The notes under the pieces are model-generated. The model ran no database searches. It had not been told where the DNA came from and was given only the letters and a program-made list of their open reading frames with translations. DNA of 64,000 nt from Takakia lepidozioides (lineage: Eukaryota; Plantae; Bryophyta): the NCBI GenBank assembly GCA_030704615.1, contig CM060732.1, positions 52,948,001-53,012,000 of the forward strand, written 5' to 3'. This document shows positions 12,441 through 26,480 of the stretch, in pieces; the stretch's first letter is position 1; each line of letters starts with the position of its first letter. The translations under genes were made by a program, and so were the position numbers.

Positions 12441-15400
12441 ATGGGGTCGGGCAAGCCAAAGGGAAAGCGGAATGGCCCGAAAGATGATGATCATGGTGAG
12501 CCCGATGGGGGCGACGTGTCACCGAAGCGGCCATTTGAGGAAGCGATGTACGCTTTTGAAAAAGGGGCCGGCCGCTCAAGAACGGGAGGAAACTGAGCAG
12601 AGCCCGAGGAATTCCAGAGAACTCCGACAGACCAACAGATGTCTCCCATGCCAGCAGCCTTTTGGGAAGGGTTGTTGGCACGGTTTGGCGGGACGTTGAA
12701 CGACGTGTTGAAGGCAGCTAATGCCACTTCCACTAAGGCAAAGTTTAAGGTGAAGCCTAAGGAACCTGGAACCTTCGAGGGCGTCCGAAATCGGAAGGCA
12801 CTCAACACCTGGCTCTTGGAGCTAGAGCAGTACTTCCAGGCGGCCAAGTTGAGTGACGAGGATCGGGTGGAAGTGGCTCCTACCTATTTGAGGGGCTATG
12901 CTCAACAATGGTGGCAGAAACGCCTTCACAACCGAGGTCCAAACCCGGAAACCTTGAACTGGAGTGGGTTCAAGGAACTGATGAAGAGACAGTTTGTGCC
13001 CCTCAACGCGTCCTGGCTCGCCCGGGACAAGATGAGGAATCTAAAGCAAACGGATGACATTCGGGGATATGTTCAGGCTTTCAATGTGCTGTTGCTCGAA
13101 GTCGCGGATATGGCAGAACCAGAAATGGTCTTCAACTTTGTGGCGGGACTGGCCCCATGGGCCAGACGGAAGTTGGAGGAGAAGCCACCTAAGACTTTGA
13201 ACGAGGCAATTGAGAGGGCTGAATGTTTCTCGGATGTCCCTAGGGGCGAAAGACAAGGCTGTACAGAGCTGAACCACAAGAAGACCCTGCGGGAGGGTGA
13301 CTCTTTTCGACCGGAAAAGAAGTGGGATAGGCCACGCGGCGACAATGGCACATGGAAATCAAAGGGAGGGCCTTCACACGCCAAGACGACACCCACTGCT
13401 CCGAAAGGAAAATCAGGTGCGACGCCTTATGGCAGACAAAAGACAACCTTCGATGGAGTGTGCTTCAATTGTGGGGAGCCCGGGCACATGGCCCAAAAGC
13501 GTACGAATCCCAGACAATTGAACATGACTCGGGCAACCACGGAGTTGTCTGAAGCTTCCATCAGCCGCTTGGTGGAGGCGGTGGTCGCCAAGACTTGCAA
13601 GGTAGGCAACTACTCTTGTGAGTTGTATCAGGAAACTGGCGCCTTGCGTAAAATGAGTCAGTTAATGTGTGTGAGTGGGATTATCTCCGGAACTAACGTG
13701 TCGTTGTTGGTGGACACAGGAGCGTCGCACTCCTTCATGACACCGGCAACGGCACGGAAGCTAGGACTCCCGACAAGTGATGTGGGGGCCTCTATTGAGG
13801 TGCGTTCTGCCAAAGGAGAACCACAATTGGCGACGAGGTTGGCGTTCGATGTTCCTCTTCAGCTCGGGAGTTGGGAGGGATGTGATAACTTCACCATTTG
13901 CAAGATCGATGGAGTGGATCTCATTTTGGGAATGAGCTTTTTGAGCAAATCCGGAGCGGTCATAGATGGCCGCAAGAGAGTAGTCACGCTACCGTGTGGG
14001 AATGGTGGCGAAGTTTTAAGAGTGTCGGAAACGCCCAACCCAGTGGGAGGGCGAATAAACCTATTGTCAGCAAAGGAGTGGGTCGTGGAGGAGCCACACG
14101 AGCCCCAATTTTTGTTTATGTGAGACAAGTGAAGGGAGAAGGCGATGGGGAGCCGTGCCCAGATTGGATCAAGGGGATTTTGGAGAAATACCAAGATGTG
14201 ATGCCAGAGGATTTATCAAGCGGCTTGCCACCGCGAAGGGGAGTTGACTACAAGATTGAGGTGATACCGGGATCGGAGCCGCCTGCCAAGGCACCCTACC
14301 GGTTGAGCCACAGAGAGTTGGTCGAGCTGAAGACTCAGCTCAAGGATCTAATGTCAAAGGGGTATATGCGGCCGAGTAGGTCACCTTACGGAGCCCCGGT
14401 GCTATTTGCAGACAAGAAGGATGGAACGCTGCGGATGTGTGTCGATTACAGGGCCCTGAATAAGGTGACTATCAAGAACCGGTACCCTTTGCCAAGGATC
14501 AATGACCTCTTCGATCGGTTGGCAGGAGCAAAGTATTTCAGCCGGATCGATTTGCGCTCCGGGTATCATCAGATCCGAGTGGCGGAAAGAGATGAGGAGA
14601 AGACCGCGTGCAGGACAAGATATGGTTCGTATGAGTTCTTGGTGATGCCTTTTGGGCTCCCCAACGCACTCGCGACCTTTAGCATGCTAATGAACAGCCT
14701 TTTCCAAGAGTGGTTGGATGACTTTGTGATCGTATACATCGACGACATACTGGTGTACTCGAAAACAAAGGAAGAGCACCTGGAGCACCTCAAAAGGGTG
14801 TTCTAGAAATTGCGGGAAGGGAAGCTGTATGCCAAAGCTTCAAAGTGCGAATTCGGGGTCACAAAAGTGGAGTTCCTGGGGCATGTGATTACACAGGATG
14901 GGATAAAAATGGATGACAGAAAGGTGAGGACGATCTTGGACTGGGAGCCTCCGACTTCGGTCCCGGGAGTGCGATCCTTCCTAGGACTTGCCTCATATTA
15001 CCGGAAGTATGTGAGAAATTTTGCCAAGATTGTGGGGCCGCTGTCAGACCTTCTGTGTAAATCCAAAGTCTGGGTATCGAACACCTTTTGTGGCCAAGCT
15101 TTTGCCGAGTTGAAGTAGCGGATAGCGGAAGCTCCAGTCCTGAAAATCCCGGAGTTCGACCGCCCATTTGAGATTCATACAGATGCGTTGGACTTCGCGA
15201 TTGAAGATGTACTCATGCAAGATGGACGTCCAATGGCTTACGAAAGTAAGAAATTGAATGAAATGGAGCAACGGTGGCCAACACACGAGAAAGAGATGAA
15301 GGCGGTGGTGCATTGCCTTGAGCTTTGGCGCCACTATTTGGTTCCAACCCGTGAAGTGTTTCACGGACAAGGTCACGGTGAAGTATTTTTGCCACGCAGC

Positions 15401-15510
15401 CCAGTTGTCCCCCAAAAAACTTAGGTGCAAGACATTTTGGCGGTGTTGTTGACGTGGATATCCAGCACAAACCGGGACAATGTGTGTGCGGATGCTTAAG
15501 TAGAAAGCAG
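12441..15510 (+). pseudogene. gag-protease-RT-RNase H of the gypsy element, with frameshifts and stops
   Basis: Retrotrans_gag-like region; zinc knuckle CFNCGEPGH; protease LLVDTGASHSF; [13 protein letters not shown]...YIDDILVYS; RNase H ending at ADA-LSRK, where element 2 is inserted. Confidence 0.93.
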
Positions 15511-16132
15511 CCAACGACGCAATGGCGTGAGCGTTGCACGTGAGCGCGCGAGCGTACGCTCAGCAGGAGTGACGTGGCGTGAGCGTACGCTCACGCCAGC
15601 TGACGTGGCGTGAGCGTCATGTCAGCATGCTGATGTGGCGGTAAATGATGACGTGGCACTGTCCGTCAACTGCCACGTCAGCATTAACATGCGCCGCCTA
15701 TAACCGTGGATGGTCCTATGACCGTGGAATTAATGCAGGGAATCTTGCCTAAATAGAATCAAGACGAGCGTTGAGGCCTACAATTGCAGCATCCAACATT
15801 GTGCAATTACAAATGTTTGTTTCACTTTTACAATTACGAAGACGACAAAATATCCTCACAAAGTGTGCGCCATAAAGGCTGCCACGAGAAGACTTCCTCC
15901 CTCCTCAAATAACAATGAGAGTTATGATCATCTTCAAAAGATGATTGTAGTGCATAGCGACAGCAAGACATGTAGACTTCGAACGGTGCAATGACAAATG
16001 TGCACTACCTAAAAGTTGTCACTCAGACCTCACTCCGTATAGTTGGAGCCATATCATTGCACAGCCGACGAATTGATGTGAATTACACATTTCAAATCAT
16101 GGTCATCCACATACCACATTACATAGTTCATG

Positions 16133-19100
16133 CTACCCATGTGTTGTATCCCGCTGCAAAAGAGTATCGACCTCGTTGAAACTCATAGTGGCCTGGTGAA
16201 TGAAGTTGTCACGTTTGGGATCGCAAACCATCCTCCTCAAAAATATGAAATACAAATGTTTGCAGGGTATGAATTTACCTCTCTTGCCCAAACTGGTTGA
16301 TAGCATATTCACAAATCAGGACATGTGCAATTGGGGAAATTGGAAACCGTGATGTCGTAGGTCCTGTCATGAACAGCAGATGTGGAAGTGATGATTGTGA
16401 ATACCCGACCATATCCTGGATCGGGTACTTCCGTGGTGCTTCCGACACGAGCTTGGAGCATTCTTGCGGACTCCACTTTGCCAAAGTGTTCAGCGGTTGG
16501 AGGGAAACGCCGAACGAGCTTTCCATCTCGTTTGGTTGGCCACAAGTCAGGATTTGCCGGGGGGACCCGGGAGGACGCAGGAGTAGTAGCACATGCATGG
16601 AGTTGGGTTGTCTCGCAAGGAAAAACCTGCCTCCTCCAGCATTTCAATCTCCTGAAAGCTGAGATGTGTTCCCACCTTCACGGGCCAAACGGTTGGAGGA
16701 GATGGCTTCATCACTACGGAAGGACGCACAGTTCCATGCACACATCTGGCACAATCATCTGCGCAGAACCAGAACTTGTGGTTCTTGGCTTCTGGTTGAC
16801 CGTATGGACGCATCAAGCCCGTGAAAGTCGGAGCAGGAGTTCGGGCACCACCTCTGGATATAGATGAAGTGCACTTCTCGAAATTAGTTGCCCTGATCGC
16901 TGTACATTTCACACGAGACCCGACACTTGTGCGTTCTATGTGCCAAACGTGGTCGGGGCATGCGGACTCAAGCACATCAAGGGGTTTTTCTCTCCTGCAC
17001 CATTTCAGTGGCACGGTTTGATGCTGGAGCTTGCCGTCGTGTTGGAGGTTCCTCCACAATGGAGGTTCCGGACACGGAGCTGTCATGCAGGGGAACACGA
17101 GGCTTCGAGAAGTTATCACGGTCTGCCCTGTGGGAATCTGAATCCGAACCAGGTGGAGTGTTCAATTTCCTCTTACAGGAGCCGAATCTCTCCTCCCCTT
17201 CAAGATGTGGAACTCTAGAAACAAGTGGCGTCCCTGGGCATACATGCTCACCGCCCATGCTATCTTGATTGGATCCCCAGATCTGTTTGCAGCACGCAAC
17301 ATCAACTCCGATTTGTCCGGACCCTTGCCACCACCCCACCTCGTAAGAAATCACGGTATCGGGTTTGTTGTTGCAAGGCACGTATCAAATCATCTGTTGT
17401 TGCCACATACAAATCCCGACCTCGTTTCCCAGACTGCTGCAACCATGCATTGTGCACAGTTTCTGCCAAATTGCAAGATGCATGTCTGTCATTTCCTCAA
17501 TGGACATGTTCTGCAAAGAGGATAACCACACTCAGAATAGTGCACAGGAAACAACATAAAGAAAGCAATGAGTCAAAAATATGGAAAGCAAATGTATGAA
17601 TAAAGCATGAAATAGAAGCCTCGTACCATTGTCATGGCTGCTCCCCACTGTCTATACCGGAAGTGCCAAAACGCCAGCCAATCTTCCAATGCTCTCATAC
17701 TCTCAAGTGATGCAGCTCCAGAAGAGAACCACCAGGCACGAATTGTCTGGAACAAGTGTCCGCCTCCTTCATTGTTCTAGCATCTTTGTACTCTTTGCAC
17801 AATTTACGGTGCTGAGTCTGCATCTCTGGTTTGATGTCCGACTTTGTATGTTTTTCCAGAGATTGTGTCCAATGGAATAGACATGTACGCTCTCTTCCTG
17901 GCATAGGCACTTTTGGGTCGCCCGATCCGAAGACAATACGAATAGCATTGAAATTTGCTTGAGCACTATCCGCCATGAAACCTGCGAAATTTGGAGATGG
18001 CAGCCCATGGCAGCCCATGACACGTATCAGGGAATTCCACATGAGCTTCTGGGATTCCGTATCCTCGGATTGCATGTCACAAACTGCAATTGTCATAACT
18101 CGTTGGTACACTGGATCGTAGACATGACAAGCCATTGTCGTCCAATCCTTCACTCGTTTCACATGATCAAACATAAGAAAACAGTTTCTGCAAGTCCCCA
18201 GTCTTTTGCATCCGCTTCACGAGGCTAACCCCACTGCCCTCCCAACAGTCGGCATTTTGAAAAGAAAAACTTTGATGGCACCTTGACCTGGGAATACATT
18301 GTCCTGGATGTAATCGTACTTGCTCACTCGTTTCAATTCCAAAATATTGTCTATGTAGCCTCTGATCCCAGAGCCCATTCTCAATGCATTGATCTGATGC
18401 CGAATGTTAGGTGAACTTAAAGTGGAGAAATGTCCATGACCAGGTCCAATGCTGGCACCGTCAAGTTTAGTCCCCACAGAATCTCCTTCACTCAAAATAT
18501 GGCTTTCCAAGAAGGACTTGCTTGCGCCAAGAGCAATTGCAGATGTTGTTGCGGATGGGTTTCTCCCGAACTCCTGTTTGATCAACCTCGATACTGTCTC
18601 AACACTCTCCCTGTAATCCCCCTTCGAGACAGGATGGTTGGAATCCAAAATGCACACAAGCTCTCGTCATTGTATTCAAACGGTGGACAACATAGTACAT
18701 TCTTGCTCCGCAGAGCGCCAAGCAGGATGGCACAAGTTTGCAGAATTTGCAGACGAAAGTGTTTGCCGGTGGGGGGCAGTCCCAGGCTGAAATGGATTCT
18801 CCGCCAGACCCTCCCATTCGCTTTGATTATGAACTCCAGACTGAAGAAAGTGTCTGCAATTCAAATTATCACACCTAAGGTGTCCATTGCAAACTGTCCT
18901 CCTGAAAACAGCTTGTCATCATTCTGAATATTGGATGTTTTTGTTCTGCACACGGGTGCCCGTCGTGTTTCTTGTCCATTCCATGCATCATGATTGGTTA
19001 CACCTCCAACTCGCGGAGGAGGAGGCAGCTCGAATAGGATATCGCCATCAAAAGTCTCCGGCAAGAACTTCACAGGCACCTGCTTCAAGATTCCCAATCA

Positions 19101-19666
19101 ATTCCCCGCAACTCACTTTTTGATCCAGCCATTCCTCCCATCGCCCGCAATTTTGGAATGACACTACAAATCTCTTCTTCATCAGCTTCTCAACCACAGT
19201 AGGAAAGGACTGGATTTGGAATTTCACTTATGTCATCATCGGAAGAATCCGAAAGCTCAACGATTGGAGTGGAGAGAAGTCTGTTCTTTTTTCACCACCA
19301 CCTCCCTCTTGTCTTCAACGACCGAAGCAGCAGTCCCGGCGTCACATAGTGACCCAGGGACTTTCGCCGAGGCTCTCCAAGTACTCTGTATCGACCAGGA
19401 CGCACTCTCCACTCGCTGATATGAGCCGTCTCATCACGGTTTTGGAAAGAATATTTCCCCAACTTCCCTTTCAGATCGGAAACCTCTTTTCTCCAAAAAA
19501 GAGGAGCCATTCAAGCACTGAAAACGGGTAGCCAAGACATGTTCTGCAGCTGAAAACGGGTAGCCAAGACATGTTCCAGAACAATTGCAAATCCATTGTC
19601 AAGGACTTCCTGGGAGAACGGCACTGGTTTGTCGTCTGAGAAGAACTCCGCTTCAGAGGAAGCCAT
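16133..19666 (-). pseudogene. GCM-like + DDE + SWIM Mutator-like transposase, frameshifted (element 2)
   Basis: FDGDILFELPP..CRTKTSNI (GCM-like region); MFDHVKRV; FMADSAQANF; RTCLFHW; C-terminal NCTCPD..CKHLY SWIM finger; one intron at ~17510-17625. Confidence 0.8.
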
Positions 19667-20525
19667 CTTCCTTCCTCGAGTATGTTTGTACCTTGCTATC
19701 GCAGATCTAGTGTAAATCGGTTTACTGCTGTCTCCAGAACACAGTTGAAGAATGAGCAGAGCATATGGCGGAGGAAGCTCAGATAACGACTGTGCATATT
19801 CTGTTATTCATTCCAGATATGCAGCCGTCCATTTTAATTACTTTTCTTGTGGGCCCAGTGGTCAGAGAATCCATAGGGGCAGTGTCGGCAACTGTTAAAC
19901 CGTTAATCAGAACCTCATCAATAAACCCAATAACAAAGCCGACTTCCTGGAAGCATGCCACAGGATCCGAGAATGGGATTGCAGATTAAGTAAATGTATC
20001 TATATACTACTACCAATGATCATGCGCACCTGGAAAGTTCCAAATGTGCAACGAATGTGGGGTTTGGATAACAAGGATGACCGTGTATGATATTCCAAAA
20101 TTTGTCATCAAACTCTCGTTCATTTATATTTATTTGTTTAAGACTGCGCATCAATTTCTGGGATTCGCTGTTCTTTTTAAATATTGAACCAGTTATAATT
20201 TAGAACACGCCGTTTTGTTTGGGCGGCACACGTCAGACATCCATAACTGAATACGAACAGCTGTACACCAATTGCTGGCATGTGCACTAATAACGAAACG
20301 ACTATGTGTAACGGTCACGCGGGAGGGAATCCGATGCTTCTAGAGACACGCAAGAACACAGGCAATCCCGCAAGAAATCGGGAGTCACTGCGTTTTTCTA
20401 CTTTTCGCGCTTAGAGGGAGAGTGGTAGTCAAGCTGGAGAGGGTTCCTTCTAGACTACAGAAAGAAAGAGAAGAAAGTCTCTTTATTTTACTTCCCTTAG
20501 AGAGAGACGCAGAGCAAGAGAGAAA

Positions 20526-23500
20526 ATGACGAGGGCGTCGTTTGTTGGAGAACACAGGGCCAAGGCAGCAGGTGAACGCGGAGACTGATTCACAAGAGCA
20601 GACGGAGACTGAGGCAGCGGCTGCGACACAGTCGGCGATAAGAGTGCGCCAGCCTGTGGAGGCAGAGATGAATCGCAGGGACACTGAAGAAGGTGGAAGC
20701 ACGCGGAACGCCGAACCTGAAGAAGGTCAAGAAACCCTTGCGCAGACAGAAACTCCAGCAGATGTGAGAGGGAAGAGGAAAGCTGCAGAAGGGATCAAAT
20801 TTCAAAACCTAAGAAGGTGCCAGTAAGTTTTATCATATAGTCTGTGTGATTGCCTTTCAAGGAGTCCTTCCTCTTCCATTCTTTAGCAGGAACTACTGAA
20901 TCGCGAGCGTCGTTAACGCCATTCGATTCTGCTCATGAGATTTATGTACCTATGTGTTTGAAGAGAGAGTCTGCACTTACTATTCTCCCTAAACTACACT
21001 GAATGTCGTTGCCGCCAATCAGTTGCACATATATGTCATTACACAACACCGATCCGGCAGGTTGTTATCTTTTGTGATTGTCGTTAACGCCGTTCGCTAT
21101 CGCTCTCACTTTTGTTTTTGAATACGGCAGTCTCGGCTTTGCATGTGTAGATTGTGCTGAATTCTTTCACACCATTCATGGTGAGTTTCCTTGATACAGA
21201 GTGATTGTCGTTACCGCCATTCACTATTTGCAAATCACTTAGTCAGAACTGAATGGCATCGTGCAGAAAACTGTGAGGTCGAAGCCTACAGGATCAGAGG
21301 GGAAAGGATCTGGAGATGGGGACGAGTCCGCAAAAAGCTCAGAGAATACAGATGAAGCAGATGAATCCGAAGTGCACTACCTTGACAAGGTGAAAGAACT
21401 CATGTCATTCCAGAAGGTAAACTCTCAGGAGGTTATAAGGGACATGCTCGTATCTGGAGGGCGTCTGGACATACCTCTGTGCCGGATGATATCAATGCCT
21501 GTTGTGCGTCCACCTCTTTCCCATGACATAACAAAATTGGAGAGTGATTTTGTGCATGGATATAGACTTGGTGCACAAGTTTTTTATGTGTCACTGACGG
21601 ATATAAATGGGAAAAGCACATTAGTTTCTCCAGAGATCAGTGATAACTGGGATGAGTGCTGGAAAGATGCCAATGAGGAGTTCGAGCTGGGCCTCATGAT
21701 GGGAAAGAACACCCAGCAATTTTGCAACCACATGTTCTACGTCTGGGACGGCAACCACCGATTGCTGGCATGGATGGGATACATTCAGAAACACAATTCG
21801 AAAGACAAAGACAAGCATGTTGCTGTGGAGGCAATGGTTTTGGATCCAGGAAACGACATCGCTAGGCTTCTTACAGCTATGCACGACGTGAACAAGTAAG
21901 TCATCCAGGAGATTTGATTCCCTCTGTAGTGTCTTGTTGATCCTCAAAAAACAGTGTTAAGGAATGCAATGTTTTCAATGTTTTTGCAGATCGACAGAGA
22001 AATCGCATGTGACAACAAGCTTGGTTCACACACTATTCCGAATTCAGAGGATTGGTCTGATGAAGCTGGATGATTTTCGGACAGTACTACCACCCAATAT
22101 CATCAAGAAGTGCGAAACAGGAAGAGCTGCAGGCACTTGGTATTCTTTGACACGAGAGGCGTTTCTGGAGTACATGTATGCGGTAAGCCCGAGTCTGTAA
22201 TCTGTTTACTTTTCGAATACATGTTTAGAGTCCCTTCGGAGCTAATCACTACTTGAATGAATGCAGCAAGAACTGGCAGAGGCAGCTGAGAAGGGAAAAT
22301 CCGAATATTACCGCACTACAGAGGAACTAGGACATCAAGGGTGTGGAAGCTGCAATAAAAGAAGGAGTTTGAGATGCGAAGAACCAAATTGATGTCAGCC
22401 TTCGGAAAGCAGCTTAGAATAGTAGATCCTGGACTTGGTCCTGAGTTCCTTCAGCAGATCAAAACACACTATGACAAGCATGTGCATCCGGAGATGCAGC
22501 AGGAGAAATTGCACCGGCTGGCCAATCGATGGTCGACCACAAAACAAAAATAAGGTGGCTGGAGATATGGAACTCAGATCAAACAGTAAAGGACTTGAAT
22601 CAGTTCCCAAAGAGCACCATACAGCCTGGCACAAAGGTGGAAGGAATCAGTGATTTGGTGTTTGATAACTGGCTCCACAAGGCTACATTTTGGAGTCAGG
22701 TGTGTATTCGAACATGCTGTTCTTCTCTTCAAGTATGTGATGTTTTTTTTTTGCAATTCTGACAAATATACTATTTGCAGCTCGAAAAGCGCGCCGTCAT
22801 TGTGCTGGATCAGACTTTGAAGGCTGAACATTGCGATTGTTTCCCTCCCCAAATGTCATGGAGGCATACATAAGGAAGTGGAGAGGTCTCACCTGGAGAT
22901 ACTGTTTTTTCCGGGAGTTCTCCAAAGATGGTAACATTTTAACGGTCCAACGACTTTGACAGTCAGGTTGGAGGAGAGTGGGCCATGATGCGAGTTGTGT
23001 ACAGGTGAAATGTCATACTTGAAACTCTACTGTTTTTGGGAAAAAATTGTGGCTTCATATGGATTGCAATCTTAGATCCAGATTGAATGTCGTTGACGAC
23101 ATTCACTTCTTGTCTGAGTCATTCTTAAGCGAGTATATGAATTCACCTGGTTAGGATCTAAGGGTGCAATTATATTGTCCCTGATTAGAATTGATAATGT
23201 CCTTGAATGGCGTTGACGACATTCACAACGGAGTTGTTTGTGTGGTCCTCAAGTTATTTAAATTTTTGTAATGTCCATAGAGGTTACAATGAGGGTTGAT
23301 CACTTCATTTTGCTGAATGTCAATGCAGACATTCAGTTGTTCTGCATTGTTTTTTCCTCTTGCGATGAATATGGAGGCTTGATAAGCTCTGTTTTAAGAA
23401 ATCCAAAGTGAATGTCGTTGACGACATTCACAGCTGTGTCTGTATTATCAAAAACGACAAATTCAATTTTCATGGATTGGGGAGCTAAGTAATTGGTTTC

Positions 23501-25041
23501 TTTTTTGTATTTTTGTGAATGGCGTTGACGCCATTCACATACAGTGATGTTGTGGGTCCTCAGTGATAGGTTCGTTATGAATGTGCATTGAGTTTCCTGG
23601 ATGGTTCCTTACTCAATTTTTTATTTCCATCCTGTGATTTTGCTTCATTTCAGTAATAATTTGGCTTCATTCTTGAATGTCGTTGACGACATTCACTTCT
23701 ATGTCTGTGTCATTTCTAATCGTTATTTGCATTCACCTGGATTAGGATGTATTTACAGTGTCATGGAATGGAATGTTCTGAATGGCGTTGACGACATTCA
23801 TATCTGGAGCAGTAGTGTGGTCCTGAAAGGTCCTTGGAGCAGTTGTCAGAGCCATTTCAATCATGTTTTATTCTTTCTGTTCTACTTGCATCTTACTCAC
23901 TGAGCGCTTTTGTGGGTTGGGATTCATCTCCTTTTTTCAGGTACACGAAATATGTGCTTATGGAAGGAAATCACCTGAGCGGAATTCCCGACTATCTTGA
24001 CATGTGGTCGGACCCTGCAAACGATCCAACCATGTATACTGCAGGGATATATTGAAGGACTGGAGTCCTTCTCACTTCAGAGACTGTGGGTGGTACCTTG
24101 ACTGCCCACCTGAGCACACGACCTTTCAAGAACAGCATATGAAATACTTGAACAATAACGCTGAGATGCTGGCGCCTTTGACTGACGAAGAGTATCAACG
24201 AAACATAGCAACTTGGCTGCCAAGGAAGCCTGATGCTCAGGGAACGCCCGCAGAAGGGAAAGAAGGCGGGCCGCAAACCAAAAGACAAGGCTGTTGATGT
24301 CATAGCCATCTCACCAGCAAAGCCAAAGGACAAAGACAAGTCCAAAGAAGAAGGAAAAGGACAAGGGGAAGGAGAATGAAAAGGAGATGGAGAGTGGCAG
24401 GATTAGTGCTGGAAGATTATACCCGCACTCTTCAGTGCGTGTTCGATGCCAAGCCACACCCTTCCCGTTCTGATTCAGCAGGAGAAATGAAAATTGTTAA
24501 TGAGGGTTGGCTTTCGATGATGCAGAGTCGAAAGAGAGGATACACTGGGGTGCCATCCCCTACCTGGGACAATATAATCTCATCCTCAATCTGGTGAGAA
24601 TTCCACTTTCTTTCATTTTTCTCTGAATGTTTCGTTGGCAGTATTTCAGTCTCGTTCTTTGAAAACTCTTGCCATCGTTCTTATAAAAAAATGTCTGTTG
24701 AAGGTGAGCACAGGTCCCCACCTTTAGTGTGCGGTGTGCAGAAAAACCTTATGCGGCCGAACATTGTCATCTCGACATCCCGGATGGCCAGGCGTTGTGC
24801 CAGAAGAAGTTCTTCCAAAGGGCAAGACGGCCATGGGTGGAAACAAATTCGAGGACAAATGGAGTTGGGTATATTCGCGGTTCTGTTGTAACAATTTCCT
24901 CTCTGATGCAGGGACCACTTCTGCTTTTCAGTCAGGTGACAATGATAGTCGTCGGGGCATTGGCATCATACTCCAGTCTTCAGGGTTTGAAGTTTTGCGC
25001 ACATGGAATTGTGTGAAACAGCCTCTACCTTTGTGAAAGGG
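20526..25041 (+). pseudogene. ParB/Srx - amino-methyltransferase fusion gene, multi-exon, decayed and cut by the gap (element 2)
   Basis: ORF 21261-21899 with YVWDGNHRLLAW; downstream exons collinear with element 1 (KSHVTTSLVHTLFRIQ, WYSLTREAFLEYMY, WLHKATFW, WYLDCPP); DIPDG at 24774-24788; FCCNNFLSDAG, WNCVKQPLPL. Confidence 0.82.
23084..23800 (+). repeat. Intronic array of 7 palindromes TGAATGKCGTTGACGMCATTCA
   Basis: Copies at ~23084, 23204, 23314 (degenerate), 23409, 23516, 23674 and 23779; four weaker copies lie at ~20905-21225 in the first intron. Confidence 0.9.
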
Positions 25042-25541
25042 NNNNNNNNNNNNNNNNNNNNNNNNNNNNNNNNNNNNNNNNNNNNNNNNNNNNNNNNNNN
25101 NNNNNNNNNNNNNNNNNNNNNNNNNNNNNNNNNNNNNNNNNNNNNNNNNNNNNNNNNNNNNNNNNNNNNNNNNNNNNNNNNNNNNNNNNNNNNNNNNNNN
25201 NNNNNNNNNNNNNNNNNNNNNNNNNNNNNNNNNNNNNNNNNNNNNNNNNNNNNNNNNNNNNNNNNNNNNNNNNNNNNNNNNNNNNNNNNNNNNNNNNNNN
25301 NNNNNNNNNNNNNNNNNNNNNNNNNNNNNNNNNNNNNNNNNNNNNNNNNNNNNNNNNNNNNNNNNNNNNNNNNNNNNNNNNNNNNNNNNNNNNNNNNNNN
25401 NNNNNNNNNNNNNNNNNNNNNNNNNNNNNNNNNNNNNNNNNNNNNNNNNNNNNNNNNNNNNNNNNNNNNNNNNNNNNNNNNNNNNNNNNNNNNNNNNNNN
25501 NNNNNNNNNNNNNNNNNNNNNNNNNNNNNNNNNNNNNNNNN
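25042..25541. other. Assembly gap (500 N)
   Basis: Run of N. Confidence 1.
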
Positions 25542-26480
25542 AGCAAAAAAACATTTGCTAAGGTGGGGTGGGCCGCTTGTAGGAGAGTTGCATCCCGCAC
25601 CCTTCTCCTCAGCTCCTTGTCCAATATCCCATACCAGAAGTGGACTGCCTGAGCTTCGTAACCCCTTGGGTTACATTTATCAAGCGCCTCATGCGAGTGA
25701 ATGAAAGCCTCCCTCAAGCTCTCGGTCGGCTTCCGTTGGAACTCTTGCAAGCTCCGCAACTTCTCTGTCCTCACCCAGTGGTAGTTCCCTCTCAACTCTT
25801 CGAAGAACTCCACAACAGGGTTGAAGGCATGCCGGGGGCTAGTAGTGCTGGTGCGGTAGTGGCTTGGGTGGATGTCGTAGCTACTGTACACAGTCCCACT
25901 GCTGCTTGCTGAAGCTGCCGGCTCCTGGCAGCGGCAGTGTAGCCACTGCCCTCGGGGCTTAGGGCCCCTAGTGAGGGAGACATAGTCGGGTGACCAGTCA
26001 CATCCTCCACTCCTCAATCTTCAACCTAATGCCCCCGCCTGAACTCATGGTAATCATCACTAGGCGGCCCCTCAAGGTGCTGAAACAGCCCTTTCATGCC
26101 ATTAACGCCCGTAAATAGTTGTGGATTGCGCATTGCTGCAAATCACCCACTATCAAAACTCTTGGATAAAAGCATCCAACTCAATGGTGCCCAACGCCCC
26201 AGAAGACCTTGTGGCCCCTTGGTAGCTAAATACATCTCCTCCATTGTGTCCACAATAATGGCAAAGAAAACAACTTGCACCGACCGTATGAGCCTCCGAT
26301 TCACAATCCGAATAAGAACCTTCGGGAAGACACAGGAGGTGAAGGTGGCTAAACCGCACACCTCGTCTCGTGTACCCACTAGTATCACTAGTGCTCGAAC
26401 CGGCACTGTCCCCAGCAACTAGTGGCACCTCCGTGTTGACACTCAACCGGTGCATGAACATGTCCCTAACCCCCTTCTCC
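25542..26480 (-). pseudogene. Decayed gag of an unrelated LTR retrotransposon
   Basis: EKLRSLQEFQRKPTESLREAF...AVHFWYGILDKELRRRV resembles retrotransposon capsid (Q..ES...Y/F..R); upstream TIELDAFIQEF. Confidence 0.6.

Larger units (their letters stand above)
15512..25041. mobile_element. Element 2: second subfamily of the Mutator-like/ParB-MTase transposon, runs into the assembly gap
   Basis: Terminus CAACGACGCAATGGCGTGAGCG (reverse complement at 44846-44867); transposase on the - strand and cargo gene on the + strand, with the same divergent layout as element 1. Confidence 0.82.

Noticed and set aside
13898-14123. Programmed gag-pol frameshift
   Set aside because: The shift lies after the protease in an element with many other disabling mutations, so it is more likely decay or a sequencing indel.
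23084-23800. CRISPR array
   Set aside because: Spacers are long, uneven and mutually homologous; there are no cas genes, and the context is a eukaryotic intron.
6005-25041. Bacterial or phage contamination as the source of the ParB-MTase
   Set aside because: The genes have GT-AG introns at shared positions and are interleaved with plant retrotransposons and plant genes.
24928-26017. ORFs spanning X runs
   Set aside because: Artefacts of the 500-N gap.
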